The notes under the pieces: model-generated
Seen by the model: only the letters and a program-made list of their open reading frames with translations
The model's database searches: none
What the model was told of the DNA's origin: nothing
Origin: Podarcis gaigeae
Taxonomy: Eukaryota
Strand: one strand, 5' to 3'
NCBI GenBank assembly: GCA_964106915.2
Contig: OZ066915.1
DNA length: 64,000 nt
Part shown: piece after piece, positions 50,757-64,000 of the stretch
Layout of the letters: the number at the start of each line of letters is the position of its first letter
Numbering within the stretch: the stretch's first letter is position 1
Made by a program: the position numbers and the translations under genes

Positions 50757-50890
50757 AACAGTACCAGCATGCAAAGCTGCCTGCTTTGCGCACTGTTAAA
50801 TGAAAACCTTCACAGGGGAGATTCATGTGGAACATAGGTTTGTAAATGCATTCAGTTATTTGGCTCCCCCACTCCATCTTTACATAAATG

Positions 50891-51025
50891 AGGCATAGAC
50901 AAACTCGGCCCTCCAGCTGTTTTGGGACTACAACCCCCATCATCCCTGACCACTGGTCCTATTAGCTAGGGATGATGGGAGTTGCAGTCCCAAAACATCT
51001 GGAGGGCCAAGTTTGCCTATGCCTG
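50891..51025. mobile_element. Short palindromic MITE; related copies near 153-296, 1638-1788, 4438-4600, 43750-43880 and 55774-55857
   Basis: aggcatagacaaact..ccctccag..gactacaac..cccatcatcc / gatgatgggagttg..catctggagggcc..agtttgcctatgcct self-complementary layout recurs across the window. Confidence 0.7.
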
Positions 51026-53144
51026 ACATAAATAAATGGCAGGCCCATATAAAAACATACAGTGTGTTTCCAAGGGGAAAAACACTTGGGTTAGGAGTGT
51101 TTATATGTCTAATTTGAAACATTTTAACTAAGGGGTACAAATGTAAAATATGAAAGAAAAGACAACAGTGCTGTATGAAGAAAACGTCTCTGTAATCTAA
51201 ACCTATTCCAGATTGCATAATCTATGTTTACCAACATAAAACACAATAAGCCATCACTGTCATAGTGTTGTGCAAAAGCAAATAAAATTCTAAATGGTGG
51301 TTACGGAGAAAAGCTGTAATAACATAGTGTTTGTTTTAATTAGGACTGTACTTCGTGTTTGGCATGCCAACAGTATAGGGAGGCAAAAAGGCAACGCCTC
51401 AAAATGCTGCAAAGATGTAGGAAATCAGATATAAGATTAAACTTCTGATAAGAAATACGAAGTTTCCTATATCTTGGTATCATTTTGAGGCTTTGTTTCT
51501 GATTTTTGTCACCTTGAGGTCTGATGTTGCCCACTTTCTTCCAGCTTAACAATCCAGAAAACCATAGGTGTTTCAAGCCATAATACCTTTTCCCTCCTAA
51601 ATTTCAAACATTTGACTTTACGTTTTATTTTCCCATCTACTTGTGATGGACTTCCAGGGTGAGGTCCAAAGAGCTGTGTACAAAACACTCCATTGCACTG
51701 GGACTTTTTGAGGGTGTGGAGGCAAGGGCACACACCTAAAAGTCACTCTTGGAAGTTGAGGGAACTTTTAGAGGACCATTTGATATATTATGGGATGCTG
51801 CAGTTGGAAAGGGAAGCTGGCTGAGGAATAACCTGCAATTAATAAAGAAAGGAAAAATAGCCTGCAGCTATGGATATGCAGTAGAGTTTTCTATTTGCAC
51901 ACAGGCTGCTTTGGCCTCATTGTTTTATTTATAGGGACAGTTGCTGTGTTAATGCTACCTGTGCCCATCAGTCACACCTGCATAGCTCTGCATGACTTGA
52001 GACCCCACCACCTCTGAAGGTAGCATGTGTAAACATTAGTTGTAGGAATTTTGTGTATGTTGATAATGATCCTAATGTGAAGAGAAAGCAGGTTCCCATG
52101 ACTGCTATATACATCTGATTTAAATCAGCCAAGGCCACTCCAACAGAAAAACATCTGTGGCCCTAGCAATTTCTGAGATGCAACGTTTATCTTAACCTTT
52201 TAAGAGCCAGAACTTGAGCATAGAAGAGATTTGCTATGTTTGGTAAAATTCCACACTTCTGCTAATTCAAACCATTCCTGTGTTCTAGTTTGGTGCTTAC
52301 AGTTTGTTGTTTGAGTTCTGTATGAAGCCCCCATGGGGGAGGCAAAGAGGTTAGGGACATCTTAAGTTCTGGCATTAAAAATAAAATTACCAAAACACGA
52401 AACACTGTTAGCACTTTTGTAGGTTGCATTTAAGAAAATGGACCATTTCTTCATTGTTTACACGTATACTTGTATACCCTATTTCTCGACAAAGGATCAA
52501 TGATGTTATATGGGAGTATCCCAAACCAGTGATCTGGTCTGTGTGTTTATAGTTCTAATTTATAATTTAATGTATAATTTTGAAGTTCTTTGCGAGTTCT
52601 TCCTACCTCCTAACAAATGCTGAGATGAGTTTTATTGAAGGACTGTTTGTTGCAAGCAACTAAAGATGTGGCAATGAGAGATTTTCTCATGAACAAACAG
52701 TGCAGCAGCAGCAGTAATACGTGTGACTCTGTAAAGAATGTGCAATTCCTATGTCGATGAGAACAAACAAATTATGGCTTAGTTAAACTGGAGTCAATGA
52801 CTGATGAAACGAACACAGCAAATCAATATTTTGGGGGGTTGGACCCAGAGGTTTTACTCTGAACAGAACACGTTTCCATTCATGGTCACAGAGTGAAACA
52901 CTTGCGACCAGATCGTTACCTTTTTCAAGCCATGATGTGCCTGTTTTCGCTGCCCAAATTTAGAGGCATGCTGGGGGTGGTGGTAAAAAGTCAGTTTCCA
53001 GGATACTTGGGAAAACTCACGTGTGTTAAATGCACGCAGCCTAAAAGCCCTTTGTAACAGTGCCAGGAATGCTACTGTAAACTCTCTCAGTGTGCCATTT
53101 TTCAATTTGGCTGAAAAGCAAGTAGAAGAAAGTCATATGCTGTA

Positions 53145-53369
53145 CAGTGGTACCTCAGGTTAAGTCCTTAATTCGTTCCAGAGGTCCATTCTTAACCTGA
53201 AACTGTTCTTAACCTGAAGCACCACTTTAGCTAATGGGGCCTCCTGCCGCCGCCGCGCCGCCAGAGCACGATTTCTGTTTTATCCTGAAGCAAAGTTCTT
53301 AATCCAAGGTACTATTTCTGGTTTAGTGGAGTTTGTAACCTGAAGCGTATGTAACCTGAGGTACCACTG
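53145..53369. mobile_element. Tigger-like MITE family 1
   Basis: Same TIRs and TA TSD. Confidence 0.9.
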
Positions 53370-53503
53370 TAGTACTTTGTAACTGGTTGTAAAAAAACAA
53401 GGCCTGGAAGTAGTACTTTCTGCAGTTTCTGTCTGCCATTGCTCAGTCTAAAGGAGGTTTACACTGGGCTACTGGCAACGCTTTGAAACTGCGGTTTCAA
53501 AAT

Positions 53504-53655
53504 GGGGAGGGCTGTAGCTCAGCGATGAGAATACCTTCTTTGTATGCGCAAGGTCCCCGGTTCAATGCCCGACATCTCTTGCTAAGACTGGGAGAGAAAC
53601 TGTCCTGAAACTCTAAGAGCCAATGCCAGTCAATGCCGGCAGTGCTGAGGTAGAT
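53504..53655 (+). mobile_element. Squam3-like tRNA-derived SINE fragment
   Basis: gggctgtagctcagcg A box and ggttcaatgcc B box. Body resembles the 25949 and 3975 copies. Confidence 0.65.
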
Positions 53656-54576
53656 CTATTGCAATCTATTTCTTCTGACTGAGCTACCTTGTGAAGCTGT
53701 GTGCTGGGGTCAGATTAGGACTAGGTAATTAAGGGATCGTTTTATTCCTATTTGTATATGGAATATTGGGTGGGGGTCAGGGAGCCCAAAGTACATACAG
53801 TCCTGTAGCAACATTGTAAATGGCCCTATCATGCAGACCAGAATCTGAGGAAAGATGATTCACCTGTTTATAATTTTGCCTGGGTCAGCATACTGAAACT
53901 CCCTTTAATATACTATTCCACTGGCTTCTCTGTTAATGGTGAATCACTTGGGTACCCATGGTGGTTTTCATTACTTTTTGCGGCCATTTATTACTTGTTA
54001 TGCGTTGTTTGATTCAGAACTACAAAAAAACTAATTGCATTCCTTCCTTCTGAAATATATGATGTGGCATGTCTCCATCAGTATTCAGTTCAAGCAAGGA
54101 CATCACCACCCTTCTGCTTATAGGAAAAGTGACCTTCTATTCATTGTGCTCTTTAGAAAAATGTGCCATGCTCTGAAAGAACAGTGTATTAAGTCTTCTG
54201 CATGGTAAAAAAAATCTTAGAGCAGTTGCAGTTATTACCCTCTCCAGAATCTAGGGCCCATAGGACTCGTGTGAGTATATTTTATTGTAAAATATAGCCT
54301 GCAGCCTGCAATCCTGCGGTTTGAGTGAACTATATAAATTTATAATTTCAAGCATAGCTTGAAAAAACTTCTGGGAGTTAGTTTGACAAAAATACATTAT
54401 AATTGTAATGGTTCTTTCAATTGCTATTGCTTGTGTGTGTTGTTTTTTTAAAAAAAGACAGTGGGTCTCCTTCCTGGTCCACTTCATAACATTGAATGAA
54501 ATAGGCTCTTGTCTTTTGAAGCTCAAACTGCAGTAAAGTAGCTAAACCTGAAAAAGTGCTGCAATACTCTTTTTAG

Positions 54577-54776
54577 NNNNNNNNNNNNNNNNNNNNNNNN
54601 NNNNNNNNNNNNNNNNNNNNNNNNNNNNNNNNNNNNNNNNNNNNNNNNNNNNNNNNNNNNNNNNNNNNNNNNNNNNNNNNNNNNNNNNNNNNNNNNNNNN
54701 NNNNNNNNNNNNNNNNNNNNNNNNNNNNNNNNNNNNNNNNNNNNNNNNNNNNNNNNNNNNNNNNNNNNNNNNNNNN
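54577..54776. other. Assembly gap (200 N)
   Basis: Run of exactly 200 N, a round number suggesting a placeholder of unknown true size. Confidence 0.98.
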
Positions 54777-55374
54777 GCTGTTGAACTGGTTGCAAAGTAG
54801 TGATATAGTATGGACTAGCACCAGTGTTGGGTACTCGGAATCCATATGACTAATTTGAATAATTTTACTATCTCCATTGATCTGAAGATATTCTACAACA
54901 TCATTTAATCTTTCATAACATATTGGTTGCATGGGAAGCTACAGTGATTCATTTCCTACGTTCTATCTTAGCACACAAGCTGTTGCAATAGGCTTTCCAG
55001 CCCTGTTCGAAATACTTACCGGTATATTTAAAGGTTTTCTTCAGAAACGTGTCCCAAAGCAAATCTTCCCCACCCCCGCTTTCCTCTTTTAAGAATCTTG
55101 AAATATTTTGCATCACAGAAGGAAATAAAAACCTTTGCTCTTGCGTGTTAAAAAGAAAGAAAGAATATGAGCTTGTAATTAAAAGAAAAAGGTTTGTTTT
55201 CTTAAAAAGTGTCTCTGAGTCACTTTGGAAACAGATGGCCAGAACTACTTCTAAACAACCTAATTTGAAGATCAAACCTCCAATGTACCTTGAGAGGAGG
55301 AGGAGAAGTGTTTTTTTGGGATGGTAGATCATGATTCTTGTGACTGGTTAAAGAAGTGTCAAGATGTTTTAGTG

Positions 55375-55765
55375 CAGGATTCCCCAAACTTGGGTGTCCA
55401 GCTGTTTGTGGACTACAGCTCCCCTCATCCAGTGCCAGTGTGGTGTAGTGGTTAAGAGCGGTAGTCTCGTAATCTGGGGAACCGGGTTCGTGTCTCCGCT
55501 CCTCCACATGCAGCTGCTGGGTGACCTTGGGCCAGTCACACTTCTTTGAAATCTCTCAGCCCCACTCACCTCACAGAGTGTTTGTTGTGGGGGAGGAAGG
55601 GAAAGGAGAATGTTAGCCGCTTTGAGACTCCTTAAAGGGAGTGAAAGGCGGGATATCAAATCCAAACTCTTCTTCTTCATCATCCATTGTTAGCAGGACC
55701 AGTGGTCAGGGATGATGGGAATTGTTGTCCAAAAAGAGCTGGACGCCCAAGTTTGGGGTCCCCTG
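55375..55765. mobile_element. Palindromic hAT-type MITE, host of the SINE
   Basis: Ends caggattccccaaacttggg / cccaagtttggggtcccctg. 8-bp TSD ttttagtg / ctttagtg. Confidence 0.75.
55434..55678 (+). mobile_element. tRNA-derived SINE (Squam2-like) inserted in a hAT MITE
   Basis: A box tggtgtagtggt, B box gggttcgtgtc, core gggtgaccttgggccagtcac, (CTT)n tail. TSD-like tcatcca(g/t)tg. Confidence 0.8.
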
Positions 55766-58700
55766 CTTTAGTGCATGGGTAGCCAATGTGGTACCCTCCA
55801 GATGTTGCTAAACTACAACTCCCAATCATCTGGAGGGCACCACCTTGCCTACCCTTGTTTTACAGCATTTGTCTGCTGGATAGTGCAAGCCATTAACAAA
55901 TAAATAAGATTAAGCGTTTCTCAGTGAGAGATTTGACTGGGATTTTCAGTAGATATCATTGATTGGCCTTGCAAAATGCTTTCTACAAAAGATACAGCAT
56001 GTGGTGGTCTTAATGAGGCAGTCATTGCTTCACTGTTTTGTGGGAAGAGGAAAACTCTGGCTGGGTTCCAGAAGGAGATTAAAATGTGGAGCGTGAATTT
56101 TTCAGCATGCCTACTTTGGCTGAAGCAAAGTGCGGAAACTCCTTTGCTCTTCAGTCTCATGCAAGTGCGAATATTGAAAGCAGGTGTTTTTGTTTCTTCG
56201 GGGGGGGGGGGGGGAATAGAATTAAAGTTAATCCATTTGTGACAGGTGCTGTAAAGAATCTTTCCCCCTCAATTGTAAGCATTTAAACAAAGCTTATCCA
56301 TGCCAAGTGTAGTGGTAACGAGGCTGCTAATCACTTCCTAGAAGACATTAAGAGTCTCCAAAACAAACATCGCCTCTCTGTTAACAAGTTGACCGAGTTC
56401 GTCATAAGGAGTAGATGAGGCAACCTGTAGAATCCAATCCCCATAGCCTTCCAGAAGAAAGTTTGCAATCGTGCCAGTCTAGTGCATTAAAAAAAAACAA
56501 CTGTTTTGACTTTAAAGCCAGATTTTAAACACACACATATGAACACCACTCCCATTCGGCTCAATCCATGAATGTTTACGTTCTTTGCCTGTCCTCCTGC
56601 TGCTTCCCCTTCAGTCTCCCAGCCCCCACAACATTTGCTATGTATGCCCAGGGGTGTTTATTTTCCACCTAATTCATCAGTGCTCAGCCATCCAAATGTG
56701 CAGTGCACACGTTTGCAACAACTGTGTGTTGAATAGAGGTGATGCCTGAATTTGTGCAGGGGGCAGGGGCTATACCATTAAGGTTATGTCTGTAAAGAAC
56801 TGAAAATGTCTTTCTTCCAAAACGGCACCCACTTAGGTGAGAGAGCCTGTGGCAAACATACGGTAATTCCCCCAGACCAAGCATAGCCAATGCGATGTTC
56901 CCCAGATGTTGTGGACTACAACTCACATCAGCTGCAGGCAGCATGGCCAGTGAGTTGGGGTGTTTGCAATAGCTACTTAGAGTCCTTAGGTACTAACACC
57001 AACACTCTTTGTCCTTGCAGTTTTGGCATGGATTGACTTTATATTTGCCCGATCCTTTCTAAAGAATAAAATCTGGACTAAATAGCTTCCACTCAAGACA
57101 GCCAAAGCAAGAGTATTCCCACTGGAAGCTCTGTTACCCGGTGAGAGTTTATTTAATTTATAGAGGCCTGAAGGGGTGTGCTTATTTTGAGGATAAGCAT
57201 AAAAAATGCTTACACAGTTATATAACTCACAACTTAATTACCTCTCCAAATGAATGTTGGTACTCTAGCCACCTCATAGCCTTGAAACACACAGCTGGAC
57301 ACCACCTTGATCTTTTCGATCATTTTCAGGCATGCATAGAGTTGTGCAACTTTTGTATTGGAAAAACACTAGCGGCTAATTAACCCTCAGCCGTAAGTAG
57401 CTGCAGGCTGCATAGCAGAGCAACTTGCTTTGCATCACGCATGTATGCTGCTACAGCACATGACCTAGGTGCTTTTATTTTTCCTTGCCAGACCTCTCAT
57501 TCCAAACCCCACCTTAACCGTAAAATGTTCCTTCTGCCCAGTGTCTGCAAAAACAACATCCCAGTCCTCTGATGAATGCTTTCTTGTGAATTGCTACTCC
57601 CTTTTTTTTTTAAGGTTGCTAGTGTCTTAGTAAAAAGCAACGTTATTGTTGGCTGCAAGTTCTTTTTCTACTGTGCTGCTGAGTTGTAGTTGCATTAAAA
57701 GCTTGCATTTCAATGCTTGATTGTAGCTTTTAGTGCACAAATGGTGGAAGAAAAATCCTACACTGAATGTGAAAATGCAAATCTCACACGTACGAATTTG
57801 GTGCTAGTTTGGCAGAAACCTGCATCAAATGAGAATCTTTTCTTGAGCTTGTATTATTACATTACACACAGAGAGTCTTGTCTCAGTGAGCCATAGTCAA
57901 GAGGGCAAACTATTAAAGCAGGGCAGATTCATTGACCATTTAAACAATGTATACATAAAGACCACATTGTAGACTAGCTGACTCCTGACAATATAGTTGC
58001 CCTGTAAATGTGACAGGCACGTTGTCCTAGCCTGCACTGCCTAGTTTAAGCATGTTTCTTTTTAAGAAATGCCAAGCCCAAAGTCTCAACATGTGAGAGT
58101 TTTCATGAGACTGCTTAACTCACAGAAGGCTTGCCGGGTAAAAATAGGTGCTGTGAACTGATCCCAAGGCAAACTCTTCTTGTTGTTGAACTCTGAAACT
58201 CAACTTTACCTTTCATTTAATCTATGCATTCTGTTTCATCATTAAATACAGCAAACATAATAATAACTTGTAATTTTCTTATTTGTACGCCACCCATCTG
58301 GCTGGGTTGCCACAACCATTCTGTATTCTGCACCTCTTTCAGATTTTACTATCCCTCTCCTTCTCCAATCTTCCTGCTTTCAGAATTGAGGCCAAAACCA
58401 GTTTCCTTGTTCATTGTTAGATTTACTGAAAGTAATTAAGAGGTTTTTTATATCTGGGAATCTCAGTAATAGAATCATAAAGTTGAATGCAATATAGAGT
58501 AATAATAGGTTTTATTACTGTGGTTTTAGATTAGCTCCTAGATACCAGCCTTGTTTCAGCTGCAATTATTGGATGGCCTTGAGTGAATTGCCTCAGCTTC
58601 AGATTCCTAAATCTGGGCTCTTATAAAAAAAAAAATGAACAAACCAGTTTGCAGCCTGGATGTGCATTCTTACACCTTATCTAAGAGCTGCTGTATCATA

Positions 58701-59332
58701 ATACCGATACATATTGCACAGATTTGCACATTTACTTTATTATTTCTTTTAGATGTCTCTCCTACTTTCTCTCTCTCTCTCTCTCTATATATATAGCTTG
58801 TTGACTCTATGGCATTTAGTTTAATGGGGTTGGAAGATTCAGTAACCACGTTTTCTGGTTGTAAATTTGCATCAGGGTGTGGCATTGATTTCCTAGGAAA
58901 CTGCAGTTTGTGATCTTTTTCCTGTAGAAATATTTCTACATGCACGTGACTAGTATTGTGCAAATTTCCCAGAAGTAATGCATGTGATTCAGAGAAAAGG
59001 GAATAATATGTCTCTGGTAAACAGCTTGCTGAGAGTTTGGTCACCCTCTTAGTTCCCTTTGAAATAAAATGCATGTGTGCCTGTGCTTTCTAAACCAGGA
59101 GCTGAGACTCTGATCTTTCACATACTTCCCTGTCTCTTAAATAGATACTATTTTGAGTAATGCATGAGGTATGTTAATCACAAATCTGGCTGTATTATTA
59201 TTTTTTATGGAGCAATAAACCATTATGTGAAATCAGACGAGATTGAAGAATAAGTGTTATGCAACATAGAGTAATATACTTTGCAGCTTGTACCAGCCAT
59301 TGACATTTTCCAGCATAACTGTTAAATATATA

Positions 59333-59558
59333 CAGTGGTACCTCGGGTTAAGTACTTAATTCGTTCCGGAGGTCCATACTTAACCTGAAACTGTTCTTAA
59401 CCTGAAGCACCACTTTAGCTAATGGGGCCTCCTGCTACTGCCGCGCCGCCGGAGCACAATTTCTGTTCTCATCCTGAAGCAAAGTTCTTAACCTGAGGCA
59501 CTATTTCTGGGTTAGCGGAGTCTGTAACCTGAAGCGTATGTAACCCGAGGTACCACTC
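59333..59558. mobile_element. Tigger-like MITE family 1
   Basis: Same TIRs and TA TSD. Confidence 0.9.
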
Positions 59559-61373
59559 TATATATCTGAGACATATTGTCTGGGCTTACCCTGTTTTTGT
59601 AGTGGGAGGGGTGGAGGAAGGAAAAGAACCACCCTCATGTAACCTAATGGCTCAGAATCCTCTTCCTTCCCCAGTTCTCAGATTTTAAAGGTTTGGCCTC
59701 AGTTGTTGCTATCAGAACATAACCACAACTTAATCAAAAATGTATCAGCAACAGTTTTGAAATTGATCAGAAGTAGGCATTCCTGGAATAAGCATGATGT
59801 GTATACCCAGCTCAACTGTGTTTCTTTGGTTGCTGGAATCCTAGCAGCATTGAGACCGTTGTTATAGCAAGTTATGTGTGCTGGCCTCTTGCAAACCATA
59901 ACAGGTTCTGCTCCAGCTGCAACCACAGGATGGATCCCACCCTGACATTCTCCCTCAACAACTCATACCTGCACACTAGCTAAGAAGATAAGAAGACTCT
60001 TAAGAGCCCTGTAATTCTAGTGTACACACACAGAGTGGCTTGAGCTGCAAAACTCAGTTTGGTGTCCTTTCATGCCTGCACATGATGCATTGCAGGCTGA
60101 CCCTTGTAACACTTCTAGCGTGCAGAGGGCTTCCTAATCTCTGTCTCATTAATCCTCGCATCTGTGTTATAGGTCATTTTTTTCAGTTTCCAAGCACAGA
60201 AACTTGATTGCTCAAGGCTACCAATAGCTGAGGAGAGATATGAGCTCCAATTTCCCAGGTTCTAAGTCCAACTTTCTTTCCAGTGTAGACATCTGCCACG
60301 CTGTCATTTTGTCTCAGAGCATCTTTTTGAAATAATTTAAGTCCACCATTTTCTAATTAAGGGTTGCCAACATGGCACCAGTATCTCCTATTCTTCCCAT
60401 GGAAAATCAGTAAATATCTTTAATACAGTGTGCGAGAGAAGCTGTTTGCTCTTCCTTCTCAGTACCTATTTGCACTGACTTGGCCTCTCCTACATTGAAT
60501 ATGCCCACATTTCATTGGATGCCAATGTTGTGAACAGAGGAAAGGTGCTAAGAATTTCTTTTTGTGAACAAGCACTGGAGTGGCTAGTGTAGGCACTTTT
60601 CACATTGAGATGGAGGACACGGCTGCACCATTTTGTAGTCCTCTCTCTTTCTTTGCTTTTGTAAATGTGGCGGCCATTTTGTGGCTTCCCCCTTGCTCCA
60701 AGCAACATCTGTTTTGTGACTGCTACCTATGGCACTTCCTCATAATTCCAAATGTGTTCACTGGTCCAAAAAGGTTGCCATGTCCCAACCACAGAGGCAT
60801 TCTTTAACAATCCAAGTGATACAAAATGAGTATCCGAAATAATCCTGGATTAAGGTGTGCTGTGGCTACAGAGATACCATGTAATTCCTCAGAACATGTA
60901 TGCAATCATTGAAACAACCAGAGCTAATCAACCCATCTGATTTGAAGAGCAGACAAGACACACCTGCCCACTTTATGTACAAAATAATGTGTGGTGTGGT
61001 CACTCTGCATGCAAGTCCATTTTCTTGCAGACCTTCAAATCTTACTCCACAGAACATGCACAGGGTATTTCCCATTTTGTATTTAAAAAGCAGCATATTG
61101 TGAAATTCTGCTGAAATTTGTGTATTTTTGCACACTAAAGCACTTCACGTTCCTGCAGCTTCTTCCCCATAACAGTCACACCAGTCTGCTTGGAGTTAAC
61201 TTTGATTCTACTGAATTGTTTGGTCACCACCTCTTGTCTCTCTTCGCTGAAAATATGCCCGATAGCCTATTAATGTCACACAACTCGTGTGAACATCTGT
61301 AGCAGCCCCTCTTTACTCAGCAGTAGTTGCCTTCCCACCAGCACTAATTTACATGCACAGTAACTGCAAGGCC

Positions 61374-61736
61374 GGGACGCAGGTGGCGCTGTGGGTAAAA
61401 GCCTCAGCACCTAGGGCTTGCCGATCAAAAGGTCGGCGGTTCGAATCCCCGCGGCGGGGTGCGCTCCCATTACTCGGTCCCAGCGCCTGCCAACCTAGCA
61501 GTTCGAAAGCACCCTCGGATGCAAGTAGATAAATAGGGACCGCTTTCTAGCGGGAAGGTAAACGGCGTTTCCGTGTGCAGCTCTGGCTCGCCAGAGCAGC
61601 GATGTCACGCTGGCCACGTGACCCGGAAGTGTCTTCGGACAGCGCTGGCCCATGGCCTCTTGAGTGAGATGGGCGCACAACCCCAGAGTCTGGCAAGACT
61701 GGCCCGTACGGGCAGGGGTACCTTTACCTTTACCTT
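61374..61736 (+). mobile_element. Sauria/Squam1 SINE, subfamily A
   Basis: TSD taactgcaaggcc at 61361-73 and 61737-49. Confidence 0.92.
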
Positions 61737-62478
61737 TAACTGCAAGGCCTACACAGGCTGCAAAACTTTGTTTTTTCTGATAACGTTCTGACACAAGAGG
61801 CCACGGGGCCCTCTGAAATGACCTCTTCCTATCCTGAAATGCTCAAAATGTTGGTATTGGTAGCCCTAATGCCACAATACTCAGCGATGGAAATATATCC
61901 ACAAACATTCAGTTGCTTGATGTTCAAGGAGTTGCGCTGCACTGTTCCACTAGTTATTTACAGCTGTATACATGGAAAATGCATTGCCCATTTTGGAGTG
62001 TGCATCATTGCACAAGGGAAAGAAATGCTGTTGGCTTTCTGTTTCCTTGACATCTGTGAGATGCATATGAACATAAGAAGAGCTTGCTGGATCATTCCAG
62101 CGGACCATCTAGCTCAGTTTCCTGTTCTCACAGTGGCTATCAGATGCAGTCATGGGTATGAGTCTTGACTGGGCCATGCGCACTTAAGAGATAGGTTTCT
62201 GTGACCGGCAAGCATCTTGCTTAGATGTGTAGCACGCAAATGTTGCTCCTGCTTGGCAAATGAGTTGTGAACATTTCGTGAAGTTTTAAGGTTCACCAAT
62301 TGTCATTGGTTTTCTTGTCTGTTCAGTTATTTGTTCTCTTCTCGGACATTAGTGTCACCATGCTAATCACTCCGAGTCTTTATAAAAGACTGCCCTGGAG
62401 TTACTTAACTCTTCGGCTTGTCCTAGAAGATGGATTCTAAGTGTTAAATGTGTTTGGCATCTCTCCATCTGTTGACAG

Positions 62479-62663
62479 TTATTCTGACAGATGAAGAGGT
62501 TCAGAGGAAAAGAGAGATGATAATGAAGAGGAAGGAAGAGGAAGCCCTGAAAGAGAGCCTAAAGCCCAAATTGTTGGAGGAGCAACAGCGGACCATCGAT
62601 ATCCTCCTGGAAGCCCACCGCAAGACCTATGATTCCACATACTCTGATTTCAACCAATTTCGG
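62479..62663 (+). CDS. VDR: VDR exon encoding C-terminal extension/hinge and LBD helix 1
   Basis: Acceptor ctctccatctgttgacAG. The 185 nt encode (F)[61 protein letters not shown]. Donor CGG|GTAAGC at 62664. The remaining LBD exons lie beyond the window. Confidence 0.98.
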
Positions 62664-62864
62664 GTAAGCTTCAGGCCCCACTTTCCTTCTAACTTCATTA
62701 CGGCTGTGACTAGTAGGACATCTGCTGGTGGAATAAGTAAACTGAAGCAGTAGTTCTGAATCAGCGAAACCTTTGCTCCCTTCTCACTTGGAAGAAAGTA
62801 ACATGCAGCCTGCAAACTGAAGCCAGTTAGGTAGACCCGTAATCTACCTGCTGTGAGTGAACTA

Positions 62865-63082
62865 CAGTCATACCTCAGATAAAATGTGCTTCAGGTTGAG
62901 CGTTTTCATGTTATGCTCTGCGGCGACCCGGAAGTAACGGAGCGTGTTACTTCCAGGTTTTGCCGCTCACGCATGCACAGACACTCAAAATGACCCGCGC
63001 ACACACAGTCACGGTTTGCATTCACTTCAGGATGCAAACGGGGCTCCGGAACAGATCCCGTTCGCATCCAGAGGTACCACTG
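62865..63082. mobile_element. Tigger-like MITE family 2
   Basis: TA|CAGTCATACCTC...GAGGTACCACTG|TA. Confidence 0.82.
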
Positions 63083-63110
63083 TATATGATATTTCCTTAC
63101 CTTTGCCTTT

Positions 63111-63455
63111 GGAACTGGCAGGTGGTGCTGTGGTCTAAACCACTGAGCCTTGGGCTTGCCGATCAGAAGGTCGGCGGTTCAAATCCCTGCAACGGGGTGA
63201 GCTCCGATTGCTTGGTCCCAGCTCCTTCCCACCTAGCAGTTCGAAAGCACATCAAAGTGCAAGTAGATAAATAGGTACCAGTCCAGTGGGAAAGTAAATG
63301 GCGCTTCCGTACGCTTCTCTGGTTCACCAGAAGCAGCTTAGTCATGCTGGCCACATGACCCAGAAGCTGTCTGCGGACAAACGCCGGCTCCCTTGGCCAG
63401 TAAAGTGAGATGAGCGCTGCAACCCCAGAGTCAGGGTCCCTTTACCTTTACCTTT
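63111..63455 (+). mobile_element. Sauria/Squam1 SINE, more diverged copy
   Basis: Same body and ACCTTT tail, more substitutions, no clear TSD. Confidence 0.88.
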
Positions 63456-64000
63456 AAGAGAAGCTTTTGAAACGTTGGCATTCATAATTTTTTTTGGTGC
63501 CTTGTCAAATGCCATAATTAACATGTGCGCTGAATCAATATGATCTGGTTGCGGGTGAGGTGCTTTCAAATCTCATAGCCTCTGAGCCAGCTGCTTGTTT
63601 TTGAAGGCCTAATTGTGAAGCCACTTATTCCAGTGGACGGTGTGGATACCAGAAGGCCAGGCTTCTGGTGGGCGGGTGTACCATTTAGCCACCTGTTGGC
63701 ACATCTTCCTAAGCTGCACTCACGTCCTGAAACAGCTGTTTTCCTCAGTTCTGAGGAAGAAAGAGCAGGGAGGAGAAAGCACTTGTGGCTGAGGCAGCCA
63801 CAACTCCTTCCTGTTTGGTAAGAACTAGTGAAACAGCTGGGAACTAGAGCTCAGCTTTGGGGTTTGAGTGACGCACGTAAGAGCTAGGGAGAAGGGCTGG
63901 GGCAGAGAGAGAAGTGGGGGAAAGAGAACCAGCTCTGTCTGACTCATGGTTTTGACAACTTGGAGCTGGTAACACTTGTTGTTTTGTACTACTTCCCAAT

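Noticed and set aside
54523-54932. ORFs containing X runs
   Set aside because: Artefacts of translation through the N gap.

Overview
Vertebrate genomic DNA from a squamate, most likely a lacertid lizard, judged from the young Sauria/Squam1-type SINEs and other squamate repeats. The window covers the 5' half of the vitamin D receptor gene (VDR/NR1I1) on the + strand. Three exons are unambiguous: zinc finger 1 (34439-34589), zinc finger 2 (42761-42891) and hinge/helix 1 (62479-62663). A short upstream coding exon that the ORF track misses (30235-30306) adds a 22-aa N-terminal extension resembling the chicken long VDR form. A further candidate exon at 5263-5357 would also splice in frame. The introns hold an antisense decayed HS6ST-family pseudogene fragment, nine Sauria SINEs (most with TSDs), many Tc1/mariner- and hAT-type MITEs, CR1/L2 fragments, microsatellites and a 200-N assembly gap. 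They also hold a CpG-rich hAT element that seems to carry captured promoter-like cargo, a Tigger-like element built of nested palindromes, and a Penelope-like remnant with a degenerate minimal hammerhead ribozyme core. Nearly all other ORFs in the track are spurious or repeat-derived. Repeat family names and homologue sequences come from recall, not database searches.
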